Virus record (IMG/VR): IMGVR_UViG_3300039208_000529
Coordinates: 112,443-176,442 of that record
Origin: a virus
Lineage: Duplodnaviria; Heunggongvirae; Uroviricota; Caudoviricetes
Reading direction: 5' to 3' (one strand)
Length of the DNA stretch: 64,000 bases
The notes under the pieces were generated by a model. It saw only the letters and a program-made list of their open reading frames with translations. It ran no database searches and was not told where the DNA came from. Numbering within the stretch: the stretch's first letter is position 1; every line of letters starts with the position of its first letter. Of this stretch, positions 28,407-37,778 are shown in pieces. The translations under genes were made by a program, and so were the position numbers.

Positions 28407-28849
28407 ATAGGTTTCTCTAATGGATGTGGTTGATATTTCGCAATCTGTTTTTTCAAGACTTCCATAGGTACATTATGGACATTTCTCTCAAAAAGGATGT
28501 CCGCATCCCAAGGCATTGGAGTGTGCACAATCTCTTTTCTGTAATTGTACATTTCTGCCATTTCTAGATATGGGTTAAGCTCTTTAAGTGTCATTGACGT
28601 ATTCGATACCACAATTGTTTCGTAACCAGCAATCATGGCTTGTTCGACATTAAGTTGACACCATTTATGAGCTTTACCAAGCAAAGCCGGATCAAATTTA
28701 TAGCTTCCGTCAAGACATGTATAAAACATATCTGCTTCAAGATGGACGAAATGTCTACGGATAGTCTTTTGCTGCCCGGCGATAGACCGGGCAGCAGTAG
28801 TCTTACCAGAGCCGCTAGGACCCCTGATAATCACGAGCTTTTTGTTCAA
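28403..28849 (-). CDS. P-loop polynucleotide-kinase-like protein (T4 Pnk kinase-domain-like)
   Basis: GPSGSGKTT Walker A; layout parallels the T4 Pnk kinase domain. Confidence 0.55.
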   Translation of the reverse strand: MNKKLVIIRGPSGSGKTTAARSIAGQQKTIRRHFVHLEADMFYTCLDGSYKFDPALLGKAHKWCQLNVEQAMIAGYETIVVSNTSMTLKELNPYLEMAEMYNYRKEIVHTPMPWDADILFERNVHNVPMEVLKKQIAKYQPHPLEKPI

Positions 28850-29224
28850 TTAAAAAACTTTTTCTTCTTGAGGAGAGTCTTGGTCTTCGCGAGTCGCGTT
28901 ACCAACAAACTCCCAATTATCAGCGACAACATATAGTTTGCTTCGTTTGTTTCCTTGATCGTCTTCCCAGGTATCTAGACGTAGACTGCCCTCGATGAAA
29001 GCTGACTTGCCTTTACTGTGATATTGTGCGAAGGTTTCTGCTCGCTTACCAAACATGGTAACGTCAACAAAAGTGGCTTCGTCTTGCCAATCACCATTGG
29101 CATCTTTGTAGCGGCGATTTGTAGCGATAGCAAAATTAGCCACCGAGGTTCCGCTTCCAGTTTGACGTAGTTCGGGATCTCGGGTAAGATTTCCCATTAA
29201 AATTGTTTTGTTATAACTAGACAT
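28850..29224 (-). CDS. ssb: single-stranded DNA-binding protein
   Basis: Bacterial-type OB fold: ILMGNLTRDPELRQT...FVDVTMFGKRAE...LYVVAD. Confidence 0.85.
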   Translation of the reverse strand: MSSYNKTILMGNLTRDPELRQTGSGTSVANFAIATNRRYKDANGDWQDEATFVDVTMFGKRAETFAQYHSKGKSAFIEGSLRLDTWEDDQGNKRSKLYVVADNWEFVGNATREDQDSPQEEKVF

Positions 29225-29573
29225 TTTCTACTTGCTCCGTTTGATTTGCGGCTACCGCTGAGGCAACCATTTCTGCTAATGCTTCTTGAGGACTGATGCC
29301 TCGCGAAACTTGTTCCTTAGTTCTACGAAAACGACGACCGGTTCTTTCTCTAAAGTTTTCTACGGTGAGACTTGGGTCAAGCAAAACGCTTGATGGAATA
29401 GTTTCACGTTGTTCCGTCATTCTTTTCAAGCCACCACCATCAATAAACTCTTGGAGGGCTTGTTCGCGAGTAATTTCTCCTGCTAAAATTCGGGCATGCT
29501 GTTCTTTTGTTACACGAAATCTGTGCCCAGTTGCTTCGTGAAAGTTATTTAGAGTCAACTTCTCTTCACTCAT
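29217..29573 (-). CDS. hypothetical protein with a tandem duplicated LTxxNFxExTGxRFRxTKEQ motif
   Basis: Two internal repeats. The same motif recurs at the N-terminus of 37750..38211. Confidence 0.5.
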   Translation of the reverse strand: MSEEKLTLNNFHEATGHRFRVTKEQHARILAGEITREQALQEFIDGGGLKRMTEQRETIPSSVLLDPSLTVENFRERTGRRFRRTKEQVSRGISPQEALAEMVASAVAANQTEQVENV

Positions 29574-29640
29574 TTTTTCTCCTTGTCAAACTATAAAACT
29601 AACAGATGTTAGAGTTATAATGACTGTTAGAAGATAACTG

Positions 29641-29874
29641 TCAAGGCCAAAAGACAATAACAGGGATCATTTTGTCCCATTCCGAAGGATCAACTTCGTC
29701 CTCTTCACCATAGATAGAATCGATAAAATAGCGATCGAGATCTTGCTGATAAACCCGAGCCTCACCGAATCCTTCTAGTTTTCCATAACTATTACCTTCG
29801 GGATCACTTGAAATTATTACGGGAGTTTCGTCTGGAATTTTTTCCAGCATTTCTTTCAATTCTTTGACATTCAT
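29641..29874 (-). CDS. hypothetical protein
   Basis: 77-aa ORF. Confidence 0.45.
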   Translation of the reverse strand: MNVKELKEMLEKIPDETPVIISSDPEGNSYGKLEGFGEARVYQQDLDRYFIDSIYGEEDEVDPSEWDKMIPVIVFWP

Positions 29875-30227
29875 TCTAATAGTCCGTATTTTCTTAAGCC
29901 TTCTGAGTATTCCCTAGAGTTTAATGTTTCATTAAGTGTCCGTTCTGGAAAAAAGTGCCTACATTCAGAGAAAACCTTGCACACTAATATTAGACGTTTC
30001 ATTCGTTCTAATGCCTCCTCTAATGTTGCTGCAAAACCATGCATCTTTCGTGGTTCTACTTCGTGGATTAACCATACACAGCTTTCAACTAAGAAATAGT
30101 GTTTGTGCCCCTTCCATTTTTGGTCCGGGTCAATGTAACAATCTCTTTCATATCCAGTGTAGGATACTTTTCCTACATCTTCAATATTAATTGAGCCGGC
30201 AAAATGGTTATAGCCTTCTTCGTTCAT
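29871..30227 (-). CDS. hypothetical protein
   Basis: 118-aa ORF. Confidence 0.5.
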   Translation of the reverse strand: MNEEGYNHFAGSINIEDVGKVSYTGYERDCYIDPDQKWKGHKHYFLVESCVWLIHEVEPRKMHGFAATLEEALERMKRLILVCKVFSECRHFFPERTLNETLNSREYSEGLRKYGLLE

Positions 30228-30231
30228 ATGT

Positions 30232-30307
<76 letters not shown>

Positions 30308-30523
30308 TTATTCCTTAGTTACCATCATAGCGATGCCGCCAATGGTCAAAGCCACTAGCATGACAGAAATTACTAATCCGATTGGAATCCATAGTGGAGA
30401 TAGAACCCACCACCAAGACCAAGTAATATTTCCAGTTAGCTTGAGTCCGATGAAAAGGATCGTCAGCAACCCACAGAAGCCAATACCTCCTCCGCGAACC
30501 TCAGTTTTGTTATTGTTAGACAT
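30308..30523 (-). CDS. small membrane protein (2-3 TM segments)
   Basis: Hydrophobic helices. Start taken at MSNNNK... Confidence 0.45.
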   Translation of the reverse strand: MSNNNKTEVRGGGIGFCGLLTILFIGLKLTGNITWSWWWVLSPLWIPIGLVISVMLVALTIGGIAMMVTKE

Positions 30524-30956
30524 TTTGTTTCTCTTTAATTTGTTTGAATACATTTTCAGCCTTACCGTGGTACAGGGTTTTTAGTCTACGTCTTTTGTAT
30601 CCAGTGACTTCCTGGACCTTTAACATGATTTCTCCACACATATTCATATCGTCTCCACCGACGGTATATACAGTATAAATATACTCTTCCCAAGCATTTC
30701 TGGCCGCCGGAGGATAAAGGTAAATTCCTCCTGGCTCATCTTTAAAGTGAGCAATTATAGAAGCGGCCAAGCAGCCCATGCCATTAGCAACAGATCTATC
30801 ATCGTCTATTCTCAATCCGTTTACAAGCATCCTGTCCTTTAAATAGGAAGACAGATCGATGCCATGGCCACTGGGATAACCATCAAACTGACGGTACATG
30901 TTACAAAGAGTTTTGCCGTGCTCGTCCTTAACGATCGTTAGACTTCTTGTTCCCAT
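30516..30956 (-). CDS. hypothetical protein
   Basis: 146-aa ORF. Confidence 0.5.
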   Translation of the reverse strand: MGTRSLTIVKDEHGKTLCNMYRQFDGYPSGHGIDLSSYLKDRMLVNGLRIDDDRSVANGMGCLAASIIAHFKDEPGGIYLYPPAARNAWEEYIYTVYTVGGDDMNMCGEIMLKVQEVTGYKRRRLKTLYHGKAENVFKQIKEKQNV

Positions 30957-31110
30957 TGAATAAATTAATTAGTGTTAGGGCAGTAAATAGAATAAGTTCT
31001 AGTGCGTAGATCCCGGTATGAAAAAGCCCGATGAAGAAAATTATAATAATAAGGGCTTCAATCATAAAATCGGAGGATAGTAAAATTGGAAAAAATAGCT
31101 ACTCAGGAGA

Positions 31111-31287
31111 TTAGATGTCCACGTTTTCTGCAACGCTTCTAACCAGCGATAAGACAAACAGTGCAATAGCTGTCGCAAAAAACGAAACACCAAGTCCAGC
31201 AAAAACCCAGGTGCCGAAGAATACTGGCACCAAACTGAAGTAGAGCATTTTCGTGCTCGGACTCATATCGTCGAATAGATCTCTCAT
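31111..31287 (-). CDS. small membrane protein (58 aa, below the ORF-track cutoff)
   Basis: ATG..TAA ORF MRDLFDDMSPSTKMLYFSLVPVFFGTWVFAGLGVSFF... with two TM helices. Confidence 0.3.
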   Translation of the reverse strand: MRDLFDDMSPSTKMLYFSLVPVFFGTWVFAGLGVSFFATAIALFVLSLVRSVAENVDI

Positions 31288-31364
31288 GATTCTACTTTAT
31301 CACAGCTTAGACGGATGTCAAGGCGTCTAGGAGATAAATCCCCTAGACGCCGTTTATAGGAAAA

Positions 31365-32630
31365 CTACTGTTGATCAGGAGAAACTTGACGCTTACCTTG
31401 ATCCATAATGCCTGTGGCTTGTAGGAGTAACAGATTCATCATGCTATCCTGAAGACCCGCACCATTGCCGTTAGCGTTTTCGCCTCCGATAAACATTACA
31501 CTTGGAACCTTCACGTTGGCAAGAGCCGTGCCAATCTTGACACGAGCGTTAGCTTCGATCTCGGCTAATACACGATCACGCTCCGTAATAGCACCAGCTT
31601 TGAGAATTCGTTCTTCCTCAGCTGCTGCGGCTACGCGAACCGCTTCAGCGTTTAGACGTTCTGCCGCGAGATCAAGCTCGGCAACAACACGACGAGCGTC
31701 GGCTTCAGTCGTTTGACGGCGTTTGATCTCTTCGGCTTGTAGAGCTTGTTGAGCCGCAACGGCTACTTCCATTTCAGCTTCAATCGTACGACGAGCTTTC
31801 TCTTTGTTGGCTTCGCCTTCTACTTCTGCTTTTTCACGCTCGAATTGTTCCACAACCATGAGACGTTGTTGAACTTGTTCTTCACGCTTAGCTTTAAACT
31901 CTTCTGCCCGTAGGAATGCTTCCTTTTTAGTGTTGAAAAGTTCACGAGTTTTAGGATCGTAAGTTGTGTTCTCAATAGAGAATTGAACAACCTGAATTCC
32001 GTATTGGTTTAGAGGAGATTGTTGAGCCACTTCATACTGGCCGCTTTCGTTAGTTACAATTTCTGTAGCGAAAACTGTAATAGGGTTACCAGATTCATCA
32101 AACTGGTCGTGAAGCTCTCGTTCTACTTTTACTGTACGATAAAGTCCGTTTTCAAGCTGACCGCGTACCAAATTAGTAAAGTCTGATTTGCGAGCCGACT
32201 GGTTTTCGGATGCACTCATAACCGGACCCGTAACTTTGATTGCGTTTACGAGATGCGACATGATTGCTGCATCAACGTTATCAATATTTCCGCTGAATTC
32301 ACGATGTAAAACGCGACGGCTTTCTTCGTCAACCGGAAGTCGATAACGCAGAGTACCATTTAGGTTAGCTGTGCCACCATCGTTAAAGGTGACACTAATT
32401 TCGCCTTCGTCACCGAAACGAGTTTGGTGAGCACGAGGCCAGGTCCAGACGGTAGCAAACCACTTCGGGTACCAACCTGGAATATCACGGACTTCGATGT
32501 TACCGCGAACAGACTGAATCACTTGCCAGTTTTGGTCTTCGTTGTATCCAATGCCTCCGGCGAACAGGCCGATGGCACCGAGAAGAACCATAACTCCTGC
32601 GATAATACTAAATCGTGCTTTATTAGTCAT
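31365..32630 (-). CDS. SPFH/band-7 domain protein (HflK/C or flotillin-like) with a C-terminal Ala/Glu coiled coil
   Basis: N-terminal TM segment, SPFH core, long AE-rich coiled coil. Confidence 0.65.
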   Translation of the reverse strand: MTNKARFSIIAGVMVLLGAIGLFAGGIGYNEDQNWQVIQSVRGNIEVRDIPGWYPKWFATVWTWPRAHQTRFGDEGEISVTFNDGGTANLNGTLRYRLPVDEESRRVLHREFSGNIDNVDAAIMSHLVNAIKVTGPVMSASENQSARKSDFTNLVRGQLENGLYRTVKVERELHDQFDESGNPITVFATEIVTNESGQYEVAQQSPLNQYGIQVVQFSIENTTYDPKTRELFNTKKEAFLRAEEFKAKREEQVQQRLMVVEQFEREKAEVEGEANKEKARRTIEAEMEVAVAAQQALQAEEIKRRQTTEADARRVVAELDLAAERLNAEAVRVAAAAEEERILKAGAITERDRVLAEIEANARVKIGTALANVKVPSVMFIGGENANGNGAGLQDSMMNLLLLQATGIMDQGKRQVSPDQQ

Positions 32631-32886
32631 TTTCTAGAAAATCCTTTGTCGTCTTCAATTCGTTGTCAAGGGCTTTACGGGCCCGCCTTAATTCATTTTG
32701 TTTAGTCTTAACAGAACGCTTGATTTGATCGCTTTCATTAATCAAATCTTTTACGGAATCCTCGTAAGACTCTTCGAGATCCATAAGCGTGTTCGTTTTG
32801 TCGCTTCGCATGAAGCCTCTGATAATAAAGTACCCTCCAACAAGGACGGACACCACAATCAGCAATAGTGAAAAGAGAGGTATCAT
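32623..32886 (-). CDS. small TM protein with a coiled coil, cotranscribed upstream of the SPFH gene
   Basis: N-terminal TM helix and overlapping stop/start. Confidence 0.5.
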   Translation of the reverse strand: MIPLFSLLLIVVSVLVGGYFIIRGFMRSDKTNTLMDLEESYEDSVKDLINESDQIKRSVKTKQNELRRARKALDNELKTTKDFLEND

Positions 32887-32887
32887 A

Positions 32888-33889
32888 TTATTCTCCGTAT
32901 TTCAATAAGAAATCATTGTTAATTACTTTGAAAGATAGTCGGCCTTCGAGAGCTTTAGAATATTGTTCAACCATTGGACGAATTACAATTCCTTCACGAG
33001 GCTGTCCGTTTGGATAAGTACCGCGAGCCATTTCCAGAAACGTTTTCACGTCATGCGACTTCTCATGAATGTAACCGTATTCAATGATGCTAACTGGATC
33101 TAGACGTAACTTAAGCAACACAGTTTCTATAAAGGGCTCAAAGTCGAGAAATTTTTGCTCATCAATATTCCATACGTTGAAAATGCGTAGCTCGTGCTCT
33201 TTTAATCCTAAGCGGTTTCCTTGAATTTGAGGGCCAACAAGCTCTCCCTGGATTGCTGCATTAAATGGCAAGCTAGACAATTTTTCCTCTAGATTTAGTT
33301 TACGAGCCATTTTCCAATACGTGTTGTCGTCGTTCTCTTTCAAGTCTACTTTGCGAGAACATACTCCAAACTCTCCATCTTTGAGATAAGCTGTGAAACT
33401 AGTGCCATCGTCTTTCCGGGTAATGTATAGAGACAGACCTCGAATCTCTTCTAGTACCTCAGGGAAACTTTGTAGGCGAGGCTCGTCCGTTTTGCGAATC
33501 CAGTGTGGGCGAAAACGTTTCATAATTCCACGAAGCTGGATAGGAACGCTTGGTTCCCACTTTTCCACACCAATAATGTCGGTGACATCATCTCCAACAC
33601 TATATTCACCATTTGGTAAGATGCTTAGTGGAAAACAAATACCTTGCGAGATTTGTCCACGAAGACGGATAGTCTTTACGCGAAACTTTGCTTTACGTAG
33701 AAAATCAAATTCTGGACGATCTGGCAACACCGAATCAATTTCAACATAGACACAAAGATCGTCTGGTTTAAAATCGTCCTTGCGAGCAACTACTTGCCAA
33801 CCTAAAACTTGTACTGTCTCGATAGTGTCAGCCTCTTCAATCGGAGACACGTCGAGAATTCGTTGAATAGATGCTAATTTACGTTTCAT
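32888..33889 (-). CDS. RNA ligase (DraRnl/Rnl5-like, PF09414 type)
   Basis: N-terminal MKRKLASIQRIL...GWQVVARKD module. Motif I YITRKDDGTSF (KxDG). Confidence 0.7.
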   Translation of the reverse strand: MKRKLASIQRILDVSPIEEADTIETVQVLGWQVVARKDDFKPDDLCVYVEIDSVLPDRPEFDFLRKAKFRVKTIRLRGQISQGICFPLSILPNGEYSVGDDVTDIIGVEKWEPSVPIQLRGIMKRFRPHWIRKTDEPRLQSFPEVLEEIRGLSLYITRKDDGTSFTAYLKDGEFGVCSRKVDLKENDDNTYWKMARKLNLEEKLSSLPFNAAIQGELVGPQIQGNRLGLKEHELRIFNVWNIDEQKFLDFEPFIETVLLKLRLDPVSIIEYGYIHEKSHDVKTFLEMARGTYPNGQPREGIVIRPMVEQYSKALEGRLSFKVINNDFLLKYGE

Positions 33890-34316
33890 ATTCGATTTCA
33901 GATAGAGAAAAAGCTTCCTCGCAATGTGGACAAGTAATCATATCATCCGGTGTTGGAATATCAACCTTGTGTGCAAAACCATCCTTGCCAATTGCCAAGA
34001 TCCATCGATCAGAAAACCTTTCGCCTTGAGCATGCATTGTGCCTGTCAATCCAAAGTCAGGAATTTCTTTTCTAACATTGGTAATGACTAAATTTACTTT
34101 ATCTACAAGGTCATAAGTTTTTTCCATCCCATTCCACTTGAGCCCATCAAAATCACCCGAGAATTCAAGATCAATCTGTGTTAATCCTGCCGAATCTTCC
34201 CATTCGGGATGGTCTCTACAATCTTCATCGAGGAACTTAGATACAGTAGCAATTTCGCTACCAGTAAGTTCTCGCGTAAATTTTAGCGTACCATTAAAAT
34301 TAGTTGTATATCCCAT
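33879..34316 (-). CDS. hypothetical protein
   Basis: 145-aa ORF. Confidence 0.5.
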   Translation of the reverse strand: MGYTTNFNGTLKFTRELTGSEIATVSKFLDEDCRDHPEWEDSAGLTQIDLEFSGDFDGLKWNGMEKTYDLVDKVNLVITNVRKEIPDFGLTGTMHAQGERFSDRWILAIGKDGFAHKVDIPTPDDMITCPHCEEAFSLSEIEYET

Positions 34317-34981
34317 TACCTTGTTACTTTCTCGTAATAGTGATTCCTGCTTACATATTCCAGCATGCTTCGTAGATTAGTAAATCTTTTTAGTTCTTCT
34401 TCGTGACTGTATGTACATTTCATTAAGCGGAATGTCTTTCTTCTATTCCAGTACAAAAAGTAAATACCGCGTTCCGAAAGAGTGTGCTCAAAGATGTCGA
34501 TATAGATTGGCTTCCATTTCGGAAATTGTTTAGCAATACGAGGAAGTGCCCAGCTAATTTCTTCCTCAGCAGCGTCTAGATCGCTGTCGCAGTTGAGACT
34601 AATCCTAAAAATATTGCGTTGTTCGTTAGATTCTTCGTCATATTGATATGTGCCCGCATGGCTAACAAAGTTGAAAAGCTTACGTTCTACCGCAGACATT
34701 GTGGAGTATTCACGTTGCGGAGTATCATCCCATTCATTTCCTTTTAGGAAAAAATCAAATACTCGCTCACGAGTCATATCTTTCAGGAATCGTTTTTCTT
34801 CTCCTCTTTTCCAGGGACGCTTTTGTTCAACAAAATCTACTAACATCTTGAATTGTCCGTCTTCAATAATAAAACGCTTGAGAGGATCACCGTCAATATT
34901 TTGTTCTACTAACGTTGTTCCTTCAGGAAAAGAGACCTTTTGAAGGAACTCTTTTTCTTTTGTTTCGAATAGAATATGCAT
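34316..34981 (-). CDS. hypothetical protein
   Basis: 221-aa ORF. Confidence 0.5.
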   Translation of the reverse strand: MHILFETKEKEFLQKVSFPEGTTLVEQNIDGDPLKRFIIEDGQFKMLVDFVEQKRPWKRGEEKRFLKDMTRERVFDFFLKGNEWDDTPQREYSTMSAVERKLFNFVSHAGTYQYDEESNEQRNIFRISLNCDSDLDAAEEEISWALPRIAKQFPKWKPIYIDIFEHTLSERGIYFLYWNRRKTFRLMKCTYSHEEELKRFTNLRSMLEYVSRNHYYEKVTR

Positions 34982-35235
34982 TAACTTCTATATTCTCCAT
35001 GATCAAGCCTGTTCGCATATGATTCCATTTGAGACGAATCAAAATCTAGGAATTCTTCGATTATTTTATTAAAGCGAACATCCGGATCCGTAGAGTGATG
35101 ATCTCCGCCCTCGCTTCTATAAGATAAAAGCCAAAGTCGCAGAAGCTCCTCACCCGACATTGTAATAGAAAAATCTTCGTCTAGAAATGCGGGCCGAGTT
35201 GATCCTTTTTTATTAAGTTTTCTTTCAATTTCCAT
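34981..35235 (-). CDS. hypothetical protein
   Basis: 84-aa ORF. Confidence 0.45.
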   Translation of the reverse strand: MEIERKLNKKGSTRPAFLDEDFSITMSGEELLRLWLLSYRSEGGDHHSTDPDVRFNKIIEEFLDFDSSQMESYANRLDHGEYRS

Positions 35236-35251
35236 GTTTAAATTCCTTTTA

Positions 35252-35336
35252 TGGTACCTGGGGCGGGACTCGAACCCGCACGCCTTGCGGCATCAGATTT
35301 TGAGTCTGACGTGTCTGCCGATTTCACCACCCAGGC
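35252..35336 (-). tRNA. tRNA-Leu (anticodon CAA), type II
   Basis: 85 nt, 3-bp D stem, loop CUCAAAA, 13-nt variable arm, T-loop TTCGAGT, CCA encoded. Confidence 0.8.
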
Positions 35337-35684
35337 TCATAATGGCCATTCCGTTACCACGTTGCCCTCTCTATCGGTGTAGACAACTTTGCGAATTCCG
35401 TGTTCTTCGATAATTGCTTGACAACTAGGGCATGGCTTGCTCATTTGTGCATTTTTGCGTGCAACATAAATAACTGACCCCTTGGGGTCAATACCTCTAG
35501 AAATGGCTTTACGGATCACCGCTGCTTCGGCGTGCAATGTTCTCAATGGGCCACCACCCCATTTCGGATGGGTTCTATACGAATTACATGCCTTAGCTAG
35601 TACGCTTCCGCCACGCACAAGAACCGCACCATGTTTAACTCGTGCCGTTGATTTTTTGGATTCTTTCAGTGCCAAATTAATCAT
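35337..35684 (-). CDS. CMP/dCMP-type zinc deaminase
   Basis: HAEAAVI (H-A-E) and PCPSC zinc-ligand motifs. Confidence 0.75.
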   Translation of the reverse strand: MINLALKESKKSTARVKHGAVLVRGGSVLAKACNSYRTHPKWGGGPLRTLHAEAAVIRKAISRGIDPKGSVIYVARKNAQMSKPCPSCQAIIEEHGIRKVVYTDREGNVVTEWPL

Positions 35685-35934
35685 CTATCCAGTCTTCTCC
35701 GTCTGGGTAATCGAGTACATCCATAAGATGCTCTATATCACGAGCTTTGTCAAGTATCTTCTCAAGAACCTTTTTGTTCTTAGCTACAAATACAGACTTC
35801 TCAAGTTCAACGAGATATTCTATGCGGTCCATTATTTCTTCTTCGCGTGCTTCGCGACAACCGCAAACACGCTCAGAAATTCTATTCACGAATTCCGAGA
35901 TGTTCATCATAAAATCTTTCGTAATTATGTGCAA
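35677..35934 (-). CDS. hypothetical protein
   Basis: 85-aa ORF. Confidence 0.45.
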   Translation of the reverse strand: MHIITKDFMMNISEFVNRISERVCGCREAREEEIMDRIEYLVELEKSVFVAKNKKVLEKILDKARDIEHLMDVLDYPDGEDWIDD

Positions 35935-36235
35935 TGTGACCTAAAAGACGATATCCATGGTCTAAGAGATATTTCAGCATTTCTTCTTGATTAATTGGTT
36001 CTTCAAAACTCGCAAAGGTATAAAACGGATTTCGATTTACTCCACCGACCATAAACAATGCATCATTAAACACATCTCTTAGTCTAGATACTTGAATCAA
36101 AACGACAGGCACCGATGTTTCTGATGCGAAAACATTTCCAGCTCTTATATTTTCTAAAGATGGAACAGACTTAGGTTTTGACTTAACGTCTCCCCGCAAG
36201 ACACCTTTAGCCCATGATTTCAGGTTACTATCCAT
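35882..36235 (-). CDS. hypothetical protein, paralogue family member A
   Basis: KxWAKxVL...VPVV...GGxxxNPF...GY..LG signature shared with 36228..36566 and 50650..50973. Confidence 0.55.
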   Translation of the reverse strand: MDSNLKSWAKGVLRGDVKSKPKSVPSLENIRAGNVFASETSVPVVLIQVSRLRDVFNDALFMVGGVNRNPFYTFASFEEPINQEEMLKYLLDHGYRLLGHIAHNYERFYDEHLGIRE

Positions 36236-36566
36236 TTTGAAGCGAATTTAGATCAAATACCAGTTTACCCACACATCGTGCACCAATGGTTTTTAGCCAC
36301 CTATGCATTTCATTTATGGATACTCCGTTAGCAAATGTTCCGTAATCTATGAACGGATTACCGTTAAGCCCAGCAAGAAAATACTTATCTTCGATAGCAT
36401 GATGATGTATTCCAAGAACCATAGGGACGTGACTTTTTTCAAGAAAAACCATGCCCGCTTCCATATCATCTGCGTGTGGCATATTTATTTCTCCCGTTTG
36501 TATCAATTCAAGCTGATACTTTGCCCATTTTTCTAAGTTCACTGTACATCCACCCATTTCATGCAT
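36228..36566 (-). CDS. hypothetical protein, paralogue family member B
   Basis: Same signature (LEKWAKYQL...VPMV...GLNGNPF). Confidence 0.55.
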   Translation of the reverse strand: MHEMGGCTVNLEKWAKYQLELIQTGEINMPHADDMEAGMVFLEKSHVPMVLGIHHHAIEDKYFLAGLNGNPFIDYGTFANGVSINEMHRWLKTIGARCVGKLVFDLNSLQNG

Positions 36567-36778
36567 ACCCTAAGCATGTTATCATAATCACTAGACATAG
36601 CCTCTTTCAAAAAGGCATCAGTTTTGTCTCGCGAAATTCCAGCTCTCTTCATAGCTTTATAAACACGAGATAGAATAGCAATAGCGTTACCATCTTCACC
36701 GGCTAACTTGACGCTAACGTGAGGATACTTGCATGGATTATCCAGCAGCTTCTGAGCCCATTTTTGTATATCATTCAT
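36539..36778 (-). CDS. hypothetical protein; N-terminus MNDIQKWAQKLL resembles the paralogue family
   Basis: 79-aa ORF. Confidence 0.45.
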   Translation of the reverse strand: MNDIQKWAQKLLDNPCKYPHVSVKLAGEDGNAIAILSRVYKAMKRAGISRDKTDAFLKEAMSSDYDNMLRVCMKWVDVQ

Positions 36779-37302
36779 CTTCTAAACCCAGCTTTAATCA
36801 ATTTTTCGAGGTTTTCGTTCTCGTACCATTCACCTGTTAACAAATAATGTCTGCCGCGAGCATATTTCGCTGCAAGTCTTAGCTGTTTTTCTATCGATAA
36901 ATAAGATAATCTTTCTGGTCGAGAGTTATCTTCCATGTCTGCAAGCTTTACCGCCATAGCTGGTCCGCCACATTCATACCGATCTCGAATACGATCTAGA
37001 TATTTTCGATATGGTTCATTCTTACGTTTTGTAACCGCATCTACTTCACAAGAAATATAAGAACCAAACTCTCTTTCGATATCTTCTAAGGTGATCGATG
37101 TGTCTTCGACAACATCGTGTAATACTGCAACAATTTTTGTTGCTTTTATATCGAAAGCACGCGAACCTGGCAGTTCTGTTACCGGTTCTACTGTTTCTAA
37201 TACACGAATAGGATGAAGAATGTATGGAAATCCAGCCTTATCATATTGACCGCTATGAGCATTTACAGCAAACTCCAACGCTTTGTTTAATATTTTATAC
37301 AT
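36775..37302 (-). CDS. HD-domain (p)ppGpp hydrolase (small alarmone hydrolase, SpoT/Mesh1-like)
   Basis: AHSGQYDKAGFPYILHP...VAVLHDVVEDT motif block of the RelA/SpoT HD domain. Confidence 0.8.
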   Translation of the reverse strand: MYKILNKALEFAVNAHSGQYDKAGFPYILHPIRVLETVEPVTELPGSRAFDIKATKIVAVLHDVVEDTSITLEDIEREFGSYISCEVDAVTKRKNEPYRKYLDRIRDRYECGGPAMAVKLADMEDNSRPERLSYLSIEKQLRLAAKYARGRHYLLTGEWYENENLEKLIKAGFRR

Positions 37303-37305
37303 GTA

Positions 37306-37464
37306 TTAATCACCCGATGAATATTTAGCTCTAATAAAAACTATTAATGCAGCCACTCCTGCTATAAGATAATTCCAAGGAAAAAACGGAAAGATTAGAG
37401 AGGATTGGATAGTAAGGAAAGCCAGAAAGATTACTACCGGAAATGGAAGGACTATGTTATTCAT
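37306..37464 (-). CDS. small membrane protein (52 aa, below the cutoff)
   Basis: ATG..TAA ORF MNNIVLPFPVVIFLAFLTIQ... with two hydrophobic helices, 4 nt upstream of the SAH gene. No SD. Confidence 0.25.
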   Translation of the reverse strand: MNNIVLPFPVVIFLAFLTIQSSLIFPFFPWNYLIAGVAALIVFIRAKYSSGD

Positions 37465-37478
37465 TTATTTTAATAATC

Positions 37479-37554
37479 TGGTCGGGAATGGTAGAATCGA
37501 ACTACGTCTTGGGGCTCCCAAGGCCCCCGTGCAAACCATTACACTTCATTCCCG
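37479..37554 (-). tRNA. tRNA-Pro (anticodon UGG)
   Basis: 7-bp acceptor CGGGAAT/ATTCCCG, anticodon arm GGGGC-CUUGGGA-GCCCC, T-loop TTCGATT, CCA encoded. D arm irregular. Confidence 0.6.
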
Positions 37555-37778
37555 TTCTTAAATTTTTCTGCCGTAAACGTACCAGTTTGGACTGTCTCAT
37601 ATTCTACAACAATAATCTCGTCGTCCGGACAATCCTTAAGTGCATAGTTTAACGCCCCCACTGCGTTACACCGACGGCCGTAAGATTTGCCAATTTTACC
37701 CCACGAGGATCGACGCAACGTGTATGCACGATAGAACAAACCAGTAGACTTATTCTTGATTTTCCAAAACTTCTTCAT
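37539..37778 (-). CDS. hypothetical protein; 3' end overlaps tRNA-Pro by 16 nt
   Basis: 79-aa ORF. The overlap with the tRNA lowers confidence. Confidence 0.3.
   Translation of the reverse strand: MKKFWKIKNKSTGLFYRAYTLRRSSWGKIGKSYGRRCNAVGALNYALKDCPDDEIIVVEYETVQTGTFTAEKFKNGNEV

Noticed and set aside
31113-31244. Plus-strand 43-aa ORF (ATG 31113) with an AGGAGA RBS, in the gap between minus genes
   Set aside because: It conflicts with the more plausible minus-strand 58-aa membrane ORF 31111..31287 in a minus-strand operon. It is polar with low complexity, and the SD spacing is only 4 nt.
31322-31351. 10-bp hairpin GGCGTCTAGG/CCTAGACGCC downstream of the SPFH gene, considered as a terminator
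   Set aside because: No U-tract follows on the minus strand, and only a weak GTTTAT follows on the plus strand. It is recorded as a possible bidirectional or attenuating stem-loop, but I do not call it a terminator.
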